A program made the position numbers and the translations under genes. A model generated the notes under the pieces. It searched no databases. It saw nothing but the letters and a program-made list of their open reading frames with translations, and was not told the origin of the DNA. A DNA stretch of 22,627 nucleotides from Deferrisomatales bacterium (GTDB taxonomy: Bacteria; Desulfobacterota; Deferrisomatia; Deferrisomatales; JACRMM01). Below are positions 1 through 9,114 of the stretch, piece after piece. Location of the stretch: NCBI GenBank assembly GCA_033551855.1, contig JAWSUI010000058.1, forward strand, positions 1 through 22,627. The letters run 5' to 3'. The number at the start of each line of letters is the position of its first letter. The first letter of the stretch is position 1.

Positions 1-50
1 CAGCGTAAAAACTTGACTCGTCTTTCAAGATCTTCACCCCCCAAGGACTT

Positions 51-833
51 CTAGCGGCCCTTGTAGACCGGCTTCCGCTTCTCCCGGAAGGCCAGCAGCC
101 CCTCCCGGCGGTCCTCCGTGGGGATCGTGATCTCGTAGCAGGTGCTCTCGAAGACCAGGGCGCTCGCGAGATCCATCTCCATCCCCCGGTCGATGGCGCG
201 CTTGGCCAACCGCACGGCCACGGGACCGTTCCTCGTGATGGCTTCGGCCATCGCCCGGGCTTCGTCGAGCAACGAGGCCGCCGGTACCACCTTGTTCGCG
301 AGCCCGATGGCCAAGGCCTCCTGCGCGTCGATCCGGCGAGCGGTGAGAACGAGCTCCTTGGCCTTGGCCTTGCCCACGATCCGGGGGAGTCGCTGGGTGC
401 CCCCGGCACCGGGAATGATCGCCAGGCTGGTCTCGGTCAGGCCGAGGGTGGCGGTGTCGGCCGCGACGCGCAGGTCGGAAGCCAGGGCGAGCTCGGTGCC
501 TCCCCCCAGGGCGACGCCGTTGACCGCCGCGATCACCGGCACCGACAGGTTCTCCACCAGAGTGAACGTGTTGCGGATGGTCTCGATGTAGCGCCGGACC
601 TCGACCTCGGACATGCCGGCCCGTTCCTTGAGGTCGGCCCCGGCGCAGAAGGCCTTTTCCCCCGCGCCGGTGACGATCACGCAGCGCGCCTCGGGGTCGA
701 ACTGAACATCTTCCAAGGCGCTGCGCAGATCGCGGAGCATGGCGACATTGACGGAGTTCATGGCCTCTGGGCGGTTGAGCGTCAGGGTGCGGATCCCGCC
801 TTCCCGGTGTACCAGGACCGTGGGCTCGGACAT
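51..833 (-). CDS. Enoyl-CoA hydratase/isomerase (crotonase), YngF/LiuC-like putative methylglutaconyl-CoA hydratase, 260 aa
   Basis: Crotonase motifs LNRPEAMNS, FCAGADLKER, ALGGGTELALASDLR and ETSLAIIPGAGGTQRLPR (both catalytic Glu present). ATG at 833 follows GAGGAGGA. Lies directly downstream of HMG-CoA lyase. Confidence 0.93.
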   Translation of the reverse strand: MSEPTVLVHREGGIRTLTLNRPEAMNSVNVAMLRDLRSALEDVQFDPEARCVIVTGAGEKAFCAGADLKERAGMSEVEVRRYIETIRNTFTLVENLSVPVIAAVNGVALGGGTELALASDLRVAADTATLGLTETSLAIIPGAGGTQRLPRIVGKAKAKELVLTARRIDAQEALAIGLANKVVPAASLLDEARAMAEAITRNGPVAVRLAKRAIDRGMEMDLASALVFESTCYEITIPTEDRREGLLAFREKRKPVYKGR

Positions 834-869
834 CGTTTCCTCCTCGTCGTCCAAGGGTTGCGGCAGCCC

Positions 870-1799
870 TCAGATTGTCTTGGGCCCCCGGTCATCGGGG
901 CCGCCCCCTGGTTGCGCTTTCCGGAGCACCGCGAGACATTCCCCGGCCGCCTGCGCCAGCGCCTCCCCGTCGATCCCGGTGTCCACCCCGAGGCTGTGGA
1001 GCAGGTACACCACGTGCTCGGTGTCCACGTTTCCCCTCGCCCCGGGGGCAAAGGGGCACCCTCCCAGCCCCCCGATGGCGCCGTCGAAACGGCCGACACC
1101 GGCGGCCAGGCCCGCCAGGACGTTGGCGGAAGCCACCCCGAAGGTGTCGTGAAGGTGTAACCCCACCCGGTCCAGGGGAAACGCGGGGGCGATCTCCTCC
1201 AGCAGCACGGTGACGTCCCGGGGGGACGCACCTCCGTACGTGTCGCAGAGGGTGAGCTCCCGGAAGCCCAGGCGAGCCAGCTCCCTTGCCAGCCCCACGA
1301 CCCGCCCCCGCGGGACCGCGCCCTCCTCCGGGTCGACCCAGGCCATGGATACCGCGGCTCGGGTCCGGGTCCCTGCCCCCCGGGCCTGCCGGGCCAGGGG
1401 GCCGAGCTCTGCCAGCACCCCCTCCACCGGCCGCCCGAGATTGGCCAGGCTGTGGGTCTCGGTGGCGGAGAGGACGCACACGAGGTTGCGCGCCCCTGCC
1501 TCCAAGGCGTCTTCGAGCCCGCGCTGGTTGGCGACCAGAACCCACAGGCGATCGGCAAAGGGCCGGAGCCGCTCCAGGACACCGGCGGTATCGGCCATCT
1601 GGGGGACCCGCGCGGTGGAGACGAAGCTGCCCGCCTCGACCTCGGGGACCCCGGCCTCCAGCAGGCGCGCCACCCACGCCGCCCGAACCGCTGACGGCAG
1701 GGTCGGAGAGACCGCCTGGAGGCCGTCCCGCGCCGAGACGTCCACCACCGTGGCCCGCGTCGGCAGTGCACTTAACACTTTACGTAAGGTGGCAATCAT
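870..1799 (-). CDS. hmgL: Hydroxymethylglutaryl-CoA lyase (DRE-TIM metallolyase), ~309 aa
   Basis: RDGLQ, EAGSFVS..VPQMAD, DTYG, GLHLHDTFG and GGLGGCPFAPGARGNV motifs. Start uncertain (ATG 1799 or GTG 1778), with no clear SD for either. Confidence 0.92.
   Translation of the reverse strand: MIATLRKVLSALPTRATVVDVSARDGLQAVSPTLPSAVRAAWVARLLEAGVPEVEAGSFVSTARVPQMADTAGVLERLRPFADRLWVLVANQRGLEDALEAGARNLVCVLSATETHSLANLGRPVEGVLAELGPLARQARGAGTRTRAAVSMAWVDPEEGAVPRGRVVGLARELARLGFRELTLCDTYGGASPRDVTVLLEEIAPAFPLDRVGLHLHDTFGVASANVLAGLAAGVGRFDGAIGGLGGCPFAPGARGNVDTEHVVYLLHSLGVDTGIDGEALAQAAGECLAVLRKAQPGGGPDDRGPKTI
1776..1791. promoter_or_regulatory. Palindromic operator-like box CACTTTACGTAAGGTG
   Basis: AT-rich 16-bp dyad (7 of 8 pairs) centred on ACGT at the hmgL start. 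A related box lies at 1981-1996. Confidence 0.5.
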
Positions 1800-1844
1800 G
1801 GCCCGCCGGCATCTGCCGCCCGAAACAAACGACGGTAGGTCACA

Positions 1845-1874
1845 TCTATACCTCAAGGGGACGGGCGGCGTCAA
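1845..1874 (-). promoter_or_regulatory. sigma70-type promoter for hmgL-hydratase
   Basis: TTGACG-N18-TATAGA on the minus strand, about 45 nt upstream of the hmgL ATG. Confidence 0.55.
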
Positions 1875-1980
1875 CGCCCACGGCACCCTTTTCCCCTTGC
1901 GTCGGGCCAGCAGTCGCGGGTTCCCGAGGGGTGACTAGGTCGCCGGGGGGCCTTCGGGCGCTCCCTCGGGCGGCTGCTGA

Positions 1981-1996
1981 CATCTGACGTAAACTG
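1981..1996. promoter_or_regulatory. Second operator-like box CATCTGACGTAAACTG
   Basis: 15/21 identity over 1981-2001 to the reverse complement of 1771-1791. Lies just upstream of the -35 of the transporter promoter. Confidence 0.45.
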
Positions 1997-2007
1997 CGAA
2001 AAACATT

Positions 2008-2037
2008 TTGACAGGAAAACTCGAACGGTGTTATACG
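2008..2037 (+). promoter_or_regulatory. sigma70-type promoter for the ABC transporter operon
   Basis: TTGACA-N18-TATACG with an extended -10 TG at 2029-2030 and AT-rich sequence upstream. Confidence 0.65.
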
Positions 2038-2083
2038 TCGCCCCCGCATTCTGGCTACCGGGTGCTTGAGAAGGAGTATGCCC

Positions 2084-2875
2084 ATGGAAACCCCGGCCCA
2101 GCTCCAGGTGGACGGCATCCATCTGAGCTTCGGCGGCGTCAACGCCCTCATGGATGTCGGCTTCCAAGTCAAACAGGGAGAGATCTTCTCGATCATCGGC
2201 CCGAACGGAGCCGGCAAGACGAGCATGCTCAACTGCATCAGCGGGCGCTATACGCCCCAACGCGGGCGGATCGCCTTCGAGGGCACGGAGATCACCGGCA
2301 GGCCGCCGGCGCTGCGGTCCCAGCTCGGCATCTCCCGCACCTTCCAGAACATCGCCCTCTTCAAGGGTATGACCGTGCTCGACAACATGCTCATCGGCCG
2401 CCACATCCACCTCAAGAGCGGCGTCCTCACCGGGGGCATCTACCTGGGTCCCTGCAAGCGAGAGGAGATCGAGCACCGCAAGTTCGTCGAGGACATCATC
2501 GACTTCCTCGAGATCGAGCACATCCGCAAGAAGGTCGTGGGCACCCTGGCCTACGGTCTCCAGAAGCGCGTGGAGCTGGCCCGGGCCCTCTCCCTGGACC
2601 CCAAGCTCGTGCTCCTGGACGAGCCCATGGCAGGCATGAATCTGGAGGAAACCGAGGACATGGTGCGCTACGTCCTCGACATCAACAACGAGTGGGGGGT
2701 GACGGTGGTCCTGGTAGAGCACGACATGGGCGTCGTCATGGACATCTCCGACCGGGTGGTCGTGCTCGACTTCGGCCAGAAGATCGGCGAGGGCACCCCC
2801 GACGAGGTCCAGAAGAACCCGGCGGTCATCCGGGCGTACCTGGGGGACGAGGAATCCGTCTTCCTCGGGCGATAG
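2084..2875 (+). CDS. ABC transporter ATP-binding protein, LivG-like, 263 aa
   Basis: Walker A GPNGAGKTS, GISRTFQNIALF, signature LAYGLQKRVELARAL, Walker B LLDEP, EHDM. SD AAGGAG 7 nt before ATG 2084 (alternative ATG 2078). Confidence 0.95.
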   Translation: METPAQLQVDGIHLSFGGVNALMDVGFQVKQGEIFSIIGPNGAGKTSMLNCISGRYTPQRGRIAFEGTEITGRPPALRSQLGISRTFQNIALFKGMTVLDNMLIGRHIHLKSGVLTGGIYLGPCKREEIEHRKFVEDIIDFLEIEHIRKKVVGTLAYGLQKRVELARALSLDPKLVLLDEPMAGMNLEETEDMVRYVLDINNEWGVTVVLVEHDMGVVMDISDRVVVLDFGQKIGEGTPDEVQKNPAVIRAYLGDEESVFLGR

Positions 2876-2888
2876 GGAGGAGCCATCC

Positions 2889-4805
2889 ATGGTCCAGTTG
2901 TCCCACGACACGCTTCCCAAGCTCCTGCGCCACAACGCCCTCAAGTACGGCGACGGCAAGGTCGCCCTGCGGGAGAAGGAGTTCGGGATCTGGCAGCCCT
3001 TCACCTGGCAGCAGTACTACGAACACGTCAAGTACTTCTGCCTGGGGCTCGTCTCCATGGGCCTCGAGAAGGGCGACACCATCTCCATCATCGGTGACAA
3101 CCGGCCCGAGTGGGTCTACGCCGAGCTCGCGGCCCAGTGCGCCGGGGCGGTGGGGATCGGCATCTACCAGGATTCGATCCTCAAGGAGGTCTCCTACATC
3201 ATCAACCACGCGGCCTCCAAGTTCATCGTGGCCGAGGACCAGGAGCAGGTCGACAAGGTCCTCGACATGGGTGACGAGCTCACCACGGTGCGCCACGTCG
3301 TCTACACCGACGACCGGGGCATGCGGAAGTACGAAGATTCCCGCCTGATCTTCTTCCCCGAGGTCGAGGAGAAGGGCCGCCAGTACGAGAAGGACCACCC
3401 GGGGCTCTTCGATCAGCTCGTGGATGCGACCCAGGCCGACGATCCCGCCCAGATCTGCACCACCTCCGGAACCACGGGGAATCCCAAGCTCGCGGTGCTC
3501 TCTCACCGCAACATGCTCTCCATGGCGGCGAACCTGGGGGCGGTCGATCCCAAGCGCGAGGCGGACGAGTTCGTGAGCTTCCTGCCCCTGCCCTGGATCG
3601 GTGAGCAGATGATGGGCGTGGCGAGCGCACTCCTCTTCGGCTTCACGGTCAACTTCCCCGAATCCCCCGAGACCGCCACCGACAACATCCGGGAGATCGG
3701 ACCCCACGTGCTCTTCAGCCCGCCCCGGGTCTGGGAGAACCTGGCCGCCACGGTCCAGGTCAAGATCATGGATGCGTCGTGGATGAAGCAGTTCCTCTAC
3801 AACCGGTGCCTGCCCATCGGGTACGAGTGGGCGGACCTGAAGTTCCAGAAGAAGGCCCCCAGCGCGCTCCAGAAGCTACGGTACGGCCTCGCCTACCTCC
3901 TCGTGTTCCGGGCGCTGAAGGACCGCCTCGGGTTCACGTTCGTGCGCTCGGCCTCCACGGGGGGCGCCGCCCTGGGCCCGGACACGTTCCGCTTCTTCCA
4001 CGCCTTGGGGGTGAACCTGAAGCAGATCTACGGGCAGACGGAGATCTCGGGCATTTCCTGCATCCACCTGGACGGGGACATCAACTTTGACTCCGTGGGC
4101 AAACCCATCCCCGAGACCGAGGTGCGCATCGACAACCCCGACCCCCAGGGGGTGGGGGAGGTGATCTCCCGGAGCCCGGCCCTCTTCCTGGGGTACTACA
4201 AGAACGAGGAGGCCACCCGGGAGACGATCGTCGACGGGTGGCTCTACTCCGGGGACGCCGGGTACTTCACCCCGGACGGCCACCTCATCATCATCGACCG
4301 GATGAAGGACATCATGACGATGACGAGCGGGGAGCGCTTCAGCCCCCAGTTCATCGAGAACAAGATGAAGTTCAGCCCCTACATCAAGGAGGCCGTCTGC
4401 ATCGGGCACCAGCGCGACTTCGTGATCGCCATGATCTGCATCGACTTCGGGATCGTCGGCAAGTGGGCTGAGGACCGGCGGATCAACTACACCACCTACA
4501 CCGATCTTGCCGCGAAGCCGGAGGTGTACGACTTTCTCGAGAAGGAGGTCCGGAAGGTCAACGCCACCCTGGTCGAGTCGCAGAAGGTCAAGAAGTTCAT
4601 CCTGCTCTACAAGGAGCTCGACGCGGACGACGACGAGCTCACCCGCACTCGGAAGGTCCGGCGGGGCTTCATCGACGAGAAGTACAAGGACATCATCGAG
4701 GCGATCTACGCCGGCCAGGACCAGATCCACATCGACACGCTCATCAAGTACCAGGACGGCAAGACTTCGCAGCTCAAGACGACGCTTCCGGTGAGGACGC
4801 TCTAA
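2889..4805 (+). CDS. Long-chain-fatty-acid--CoA ligase (AMP-forming acyl-CoA synthetase), 638 aa
   Basis: P-loop TTSGTTGNPK, FLPLPW, IYGQTE, SGDAG...IDRMKD, ELTRTRKVRR. SD GGAGGAG. Confidence 0.92.
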   Translation: MVQLSHDTLPKLLRHNALKYGDGKVALREKEFGIWQPFTWQQYYEHVKYFCLGLVSMGLEKGDTISIIGDNRPEWVYAELAAQCAGAVGIGIYQDSILKEVSYIINHAASKFIVAEDQEQVDKVLDMGDELTTVRHVVYTDDRGMRKYEDSRLIFFPEVEEKGRQYEKDHPGLFDQLVDATQADDPAQICTTSGTTGNPKLAVLSHRNMLSMAANLGAVDPKREADEFVSFLPLPWIGEQMMGVASALLFGFTVNFPESPETATDNIREIGPHVLFSPPRVWENLAATVQVKIMDASWMKQFLYNRCLPIGYEWADLKFQKKAPSALQKLRYGLAYLLVFRALKDRLGFTFVRSASTGGAALGPDTFRFFHALGVNLKQIYGQTEISGISCIHLDGDINFDSVGKPIPETEVRIDNPDPQGVGEVISRSPALFLGYYKNEEATRETIVDGWLYSGDAGYFTPDGHLIIIDRMKDIMTMTSGERFSPQFIENKMKFSPYIKEAVCIGHQRDFVIAMICIDFGIVGKWAEDRRINYTTYTDLAAKPEVYDFLEKEVRKVNATLVESQKVKKFILLYKELDADDDELTRTRKVRRGFIDEKYKDIIEAIYAGQDQIHIDTLIKYQDGKTSQLKTTLPVRTL

Positions 4806-4889
4806 GGCCGAGGAGTGTGAGACCAGAACGGTGACGGTCCGCGACCACACGCTTCCCGTCTTCCGAATCGCCCGTTACGGAGGGAACCG

Positions 4890-5780
4890 ATGGAATTCTA
4901 TGTTCAACTGATCATCAGCGGGCTCGTCCTGGGCTCCATCTACGCCCTGGTGGCCTTGGGGTTTGCCATCATCTACAAGTCCACGAGCGTCGTGAACTTC
5001 GCCCAGGGCGAGTTCCTGATGCTCGGGGCGTATTTTTGCTTCTCGATGGTGGTGCAGTACCGCATCCCGTGGCTGTGGGCCTTCGTCCTGACCCTGATCT
5101 TCTCCGTGATCCTGGGGCTTCTGGTCGAGCGGCTGATCCTGCGGCCCATGATCGGTGAGCCGATCATCTCGATCATCATGGTCACGATCGGGCTCTCCTC
5201 GGTCCTGAAGAGCGTCGTGACCACGATCTGGGGAACCCAGATCCAGATCTACGACCCGCCGCTGTTCCCGGACGTGCCGGTGGTCATCGCAGGGATCCCC
5301 ATCAGCCAGGTGTACCTGTGGAGCATGGGGCTGTCGCTCCTGCTCCTGGCCATGTTCGGCCTCTTCTTCAAGTACTCGAAGGCCGGGGTCGCCATGCGGG
5401 CGACGGCCTTCTCGAACCAGGTGGCGCTCTCCATGGGGATCAGCGTGAAGAACATCTTCGCGCTGGCCTGGTGCATCGCGGTGGTCGTCTCTTCCATCGG
5501 CGGGATTCTCATCGGAAACATCAACGGCATCAACATCTCCCTGGGGCACTTCGGCCTCAAGGTCTTTCCGGCGGTCATCCTCGGGGGGCTCGACTCGATC
5601 CTCGGCGCCGCCCTGGGCGGGTTGATCATCGGGGTGCTCGAGAACCTTTCCGACGGCGTGCTGAAGACGATGTTCGGCCTCCAGGGCATCAAGGAGGTCG
5701 CCCCCTTCGTGTTCCTGGTGATCATCCTGATGGTGAAGCCCTACGGGCTCTTCGGCACCGAAGAGATCGAGCGCGTGTGA
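4890..5780 (+). CDS. Branched-chain-amino-acid-family ABC permease, LivH-like, 296 aa
   Basis: GSIYALVALGFAIIYK..VVNFAQGE, G.AMRATA, LGGLDSILGA, KPYGLFG; hydrophobic throughout. Confidence 0.95.
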   Translation: MEFYVQLIISGLVLGSIYALVALGFAIIYKSTSVVNFAQGEFLMLGAYFCFSMVVQYRIPWLWAFVLTLIFSVILGLLVERLILRPMIGEPIISIIMVTIGLSSVLKSVVTTIWGTQIQIYDPPLFPDVPVVIAGIPISQVYLWSMGLSLLLLAMFGLFFKYSKAGVAMRATAFSNQVALSMGISVKNIFALAWCIAVVVSSIGGILIGNINGINISLGHFGLKVFPAVILGGLDSILGAALGGLIIGVLENLSDGVLKTMFGLQGIKEVAPFVFLVIILMVKPYGLFGTEEIERV

Positions 5781-5841
5781 CCGGTACCGGTCACCGGACC
5801 ATCATTACGAACCACGCGTCACGCGCGAGCGGAGCGAGCGA

Positions 5842-6894
5842 ATGAGCGTCCATCACTGCGGGGATTTCAAGCAGACTTACTCCGACGACATGAAGGTCAT
5901 GCAGACCCGGTTCCTCCAGGTCTGCATCGGGCTCTTCGTCGTCCTCCTGTACGCCTTCCCGTACCTGGGGTCGACCTACCACGTCAGCGTGATGAACAAG
6001 ATCGGCATCGCGGTCATCGGCGCGGTGGGGATCAACATCGTCACCGGGTTCACGGGGCAGATCTCCTTGGGCCAGGGGGCCTTCCTGGGCGTCGGCGCCT
6101 TCGCGTGCTCCTACTTCATGCGGGTTTGGGGCATCTCCTTCTGGTTCGCGATGCCCATGGCGGGACTCGTCACCGCCGGCGTGGGGATGATCTTTGGGAG
6201 CCCCAGCCTGCGGCTCAAGGGCCTGTATCTCGCCATCGCCACCCTTGCGGCCCAGTTCATCCTGGAGTATCTGTTCCTCCACGTGGACAAGGTCACCGGG
6301 GGGAGCAACGGGGTCATGTTCCCGCCCCCCGAGATCGGGTCCTTCGCCTTCGACAGCGACCGGTCCATGTACTACCTGATCCTGACCGTGGCGATCATGG
6401 GGGTGGTCTTCGCGGTGAACCTCTTCCGTTCCAAGGGCGGCCGGGCCTTCGTGGCGGTGCGCGACCACTACCTCTCCGCGGAGATCATGGGGATCCACCT
6501 CTTTCGATATCGGCTCCTCTCGTTCGCCATCAGCTCTTTCTACGTGGGGGTCGCCGGGGCCCTGTGGGGTGCCTACACCCAGTACATCACCCCGGAGCAC
6601 TTCACCATCCACGAGTCGATCCACTACCTGGCCATGATCATCATCGGCGGGCTCGGAAGCGTGCTGGGGGCAATCTACGGGGCGATCTTCATGACGCTTC
6701 TGCCGTTCGTCCTCACCGGGATCACGGCGAGCCTCGCCGACTACTTCCCCCAAGCGGGGTACTTCATTCAGAGCCTTCGGGAGGGCGTTTTCGGCCTCAT
6801 CGTGATCCTCTTCCTGATCTTCGAGCCCGACGGCCTTGCCCACCGGTGGCGGCTCATCAAGGCCTACTGGAAACTCTATCCCTTCAGTTACTGA
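5842..6894 (+). CDS. Branched-chain-amino-acid-family ABC permease, LivM-like, 350 aa
   Basis: GFTGQISLGQGAF, LRLKGLYLAIATLA, GRAFVAVRD, IIGGLGS, EPDGL. Confidence 0.95.
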   Translation: MSVHHCGDFKQTYSDDMKVMQTRFLQVCIGLFVVLLYAFPYLGSTYHVSVMNKIGIAVIGAVGINIVTGFTGQISLGQGAFLGVGAFACSYFMRVWGISFWFAMPMAGLVTAGVGMIFGSPSLRLKGLYLAIATLAAQFILEYLFLHVDKVTGGSNGVMFPPPEIGSFAFDSDRSMYYLILTVAIMGVVFAVNLFRSKGGRAFVAVRDHYLSAEIMGIHLFRYRLLSFAISSFYVGVAGALWGAYTQYITPEHFTIHESIHYLAMIIIGGLGSVLGAIYGAIFMTLLPFVLTGITASLADYFPQAGYFIQSLREGVFGLIVILFLIFEPDGLAHRWRLIKAYWKLYPFSY

Positions 6895-6961
6895 GGGCAG
6901 GAAAGGAGGGGAGCAGGAGCAAGCGGAAGTTGGCGAGCGACCTTGAGGGAGGTGCCTTTGT

Positions 6962-7021
6962 ATGGTTCTGGTTCGGATTTGTCCCGGGAGAGAACGACCC
7001 ACAAAAGGAGGTACGCAATGA
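6962..7021 (+). CDS. Candidate 19-aa leader ORF MVLVRICPGRERPTKGGTQ
   Basis: SD GGGAGGT 8 nt before ATG 6962. Its TGA (7019-7021) overlaps the ATG of the binding-protein gene. No homology evidence. Confidence 0.25.
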   Translation: MVLVRICPGRERPTKGGTQ

Positions 7022-8184
7022 AGCGCATGCACACCCTGCTCGGTCTCGTGGCCGCCGTGGCCCTGGCCGGCACCACCTTCGCCCAAGACATCGTCATCGG
7101 CAACCTGGCAGACATCACCGGGGGCACCGGGTCGGTGGGCAAGCCCTACGCCGACGGCGTGAGGGCCTACACCGACTATATCAATGCCCGGGGCGGCATC
7201 AACGGGAAGCGGATCCGGCTCCTGCAGGTCGACTACGCCTACAAGATCCCGGAGGCGCTCAACGCCTACAAGAAGTTCAAGGAGTCCGACGGTGCCATCG
7301 CGATGCAGGGGTGGGGCACGGGCGACACCGAAGCCCTGGTGGCCCAGGTGAACCGGGACGAGATGCCCTACTACTCGGCATCCTACTCGGCCCACCTCAC
7401 CGATCCGAAGATCAGCAAGTACAACTTCTTCATCGCGGCCGACTACTCCACCCAGGCCCGGGCGGGGCTCACCTACATCATGAACAACTGGAAGGAGAGC
7501 CGAAAGCCCAAGCTGGCCCTGGTCTACCCGGACCATCCCTACGGCAAGGCGCCGATCCCGGCGATCAAGAAGTTCGCCGAGGAGATCGGGTTCGAGCTGG
7601 TGGGCGAGGAGAACGTGGCCCTCAACGCGATCGAGGCCACCACCCAGATGCTCAACCTCAAGAAGAACGAGCCCGACTTCGCGTGGCTCGGGGGCACCAC
7701 CCCCTCGTGCGCGGTGGCCATCAAGGACGCTCGCAAGCTGGGCCTCAAGACCACGTTCCTCGTGAACATCTGGGGCAACGATGAAGACCTCCCGCGCCTC
7801 GCTGCCGGCGCCGAGGAAGGGACCCTCGGGCTCCAGGGCGCCGTGACCTACGGGGCCGACGTCCCCGGCATGAAGCCGATCCTCGAGGTGACCAAGGGGG
7901 AGCCCCAGATGACCCACTTCATCCGCGGCTGGACCTCCATGCTCGTCATGTGCGAGGCCCTCAAGCGCGCCGACGCGGCGGGTCAACTCAACGGCAGGGG
8001 GATCAAGGAAGCCACCGAGACCATCCGCGACTTCGACACCGGCGGGCTGACCGCCCCCATCACGTTCACCCCCGAGGATCATCGGCCCACCATGTCGGCC
8101 GTGATCGTCGAGTTCGTCGGGGGCAAGCCGGTTACCCGGGAGACCGTGGTCTTGGAGCGCAAGGCCGAGTGGCTCGGTTTCTGA
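7018..8184 (+). CDS. ABC transporter substrate-binding protein (periplasmic binding protein type 1, LivJ/K superfamily), 388 aa
   Basis: Signal peptide MKRMHTLLGLVAAVALAGTTFA|QD, INARGGINGKRI, GWGTGDTEAL, PITFTPEDHR. SD AAGGAGGT. Confidence 0.93.
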   Translation: MKRMHTLLGLVAAVALAGTTFAQDIVIGNLADITGGTGSVGKPYADGVRAYTDYINARGGINGKRIRLLQVDYAYKIPEALNAYKKFKESDGAIAMQGWGTGDTEALVAQVNRDEMPYYSASYSAHLTDPKISKYNFFIAADYSTQARAGLTYIMNNWKESRKPKLALVYPDHPYGKAPIPAIKKFAEEIGFELVGEENVALNAIEATTQMLNLKKNEPDFAWLGGTTPSCAVAIKDARKLGLKTTFLVNIWGNDEDLPRLAAGAEEGTLGLQGAVTYGADVPGMKPILEVTKGEPQMTHFIRGWTSMLVMCEALKRADAAGQLNGRGIKEATETIRDFDTGGLTAPITFTPEDHRPTMSAVIVEFVGGKPVTRETVVLERKAEWLGF

Positions 8185-8196
8185 GCCCCTGAGGGA

Positions 8197-8231
8197 GGGG
8201 GGCGGGAGGGCTGCGGGCCCTCCCGCCCTTC
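8197..8231 (+). terminator. Strong intergenic stem-loop after the binding-protein gene (mRNA stabiliser or partial terminator)
   Basis: GGGCGGGAGGGC-TGCGG-GCCCTCCCGCCC, a 12-bp perfect stem extendable with G-U pairs. No U tract. Confidence 0.55.
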
Positions 8232-8291
8232 CCGGCGGGCCTCGGGGACACCGGGGCCTGCCGGGAAGGGAATTCCCACCGAGGAGAAGCC

Positions 8292-9086
8292 ATGCTCAGC
8301 GTGAACAATGTCGAAGTCGTCTACAACGACGTCATCCTGGTGCTGAAGGGCCTCTCCCTCCAGGCGGAGGAGGGGAAGATCACGACGATCCTGGGCGCCA
8401 ACGGCGCCGGGAAGTCCACGACCCTGAAGGCCATCTCGGGGCTCCTCAAGAGCGAGGAGGGCGAGGTGACCGAGGGGACCATCGAGTTCATGGGCGAGAA
8501 GATCAACGGCGTCGACCCCGAGAAGATCGTCCGCAAGGGGATCTTCCAGTGCATGGAGGGGCGCCGGGTCTTCGAGGACCTGGACGTGGTGGAGAACCTG
8601 CGCTGCGGCGCCCACACGCGGAAGGACCGGGCCGGGGTCAAGCGCGACCTCGCCCTCGTGTTCACCTATTTTCCGCGCCTCAAGGAGCGCAAGGATTCCC
8701 TCGCGGGGTACCTCTCCGGCGGCGAGCAGCAGATGCTCGCCATCGGGCGTGCCCTCATGGCCCGGCCCAAGCTCATGCTCCTCGACGAGCCAAGCCTGGG
8801 GCTCGCCCCTCTGCTGGTCAAGGAGATCTTCGGGATCATCCAGAAGATCAACGCCGAGGAGAAGACCACCATCCTCCTCGTGGAGCAGAACGCGAACCTC
8901 GCCCTCCAGGTGGCTTCCTACGGCTACATCATGGAGAACGGCAAGGTCGTGCTGGACGGGCCCTGCGACAAGCTTCGGCAGAACCAGGACGTGAGGGAGT
9001 TCTATCTCGGCGTCGGCGAGAGCGGCCACAAGCGCTCCTTCAAGAACGCCAAGCATTACAAGCGCCGCAAGCGGTGGCTGTCATAG
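8292..9086 (+). CDS. ABC transporter ATP-binding protein, LivF-like, 264 aa
   Basis: GANGAGKST, EGRRVF, LSGGEQQMLAIGRAL, LLDEPSLGLAP, VEQNA, C-terminal YKRRKRWLS. SD GAGGAG. Confidence 0.95.
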   Translation: MLSVNNVEVVYNDVILVLKGLSLQAEEGKITTILGANGAGKSTTLKAISGLLKSEEGEVTEGTIEFMGEKINGVDPEKIVRKGIFQCMEGRRVFEDLDVVENLRCGAHTRKDRAGVKRDLALVFTYFPRLKERKDSLAGYLSGGEQQMLAIGRALMARPKLMLLDEPSLGLAPLLVKEIFGIIQKINAEEKTTILLVEQNANLALQVASYGYIMENGKVVLDGPCDKLRQNQDVREFYLGVGESGHKRSFKNAKHYKRRKRWLS

Positions 9087-9114
9087 AGGGCTTGCGCCCG
9101 GAGAGGGGATGCGC

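Noticed and set aside
6931..6946. sigma54-like TGGCGAGCGACCTTGA upstream of the binding-protein gene
   Set aside because: No GC at the -12 position with the required spacing from the GG.
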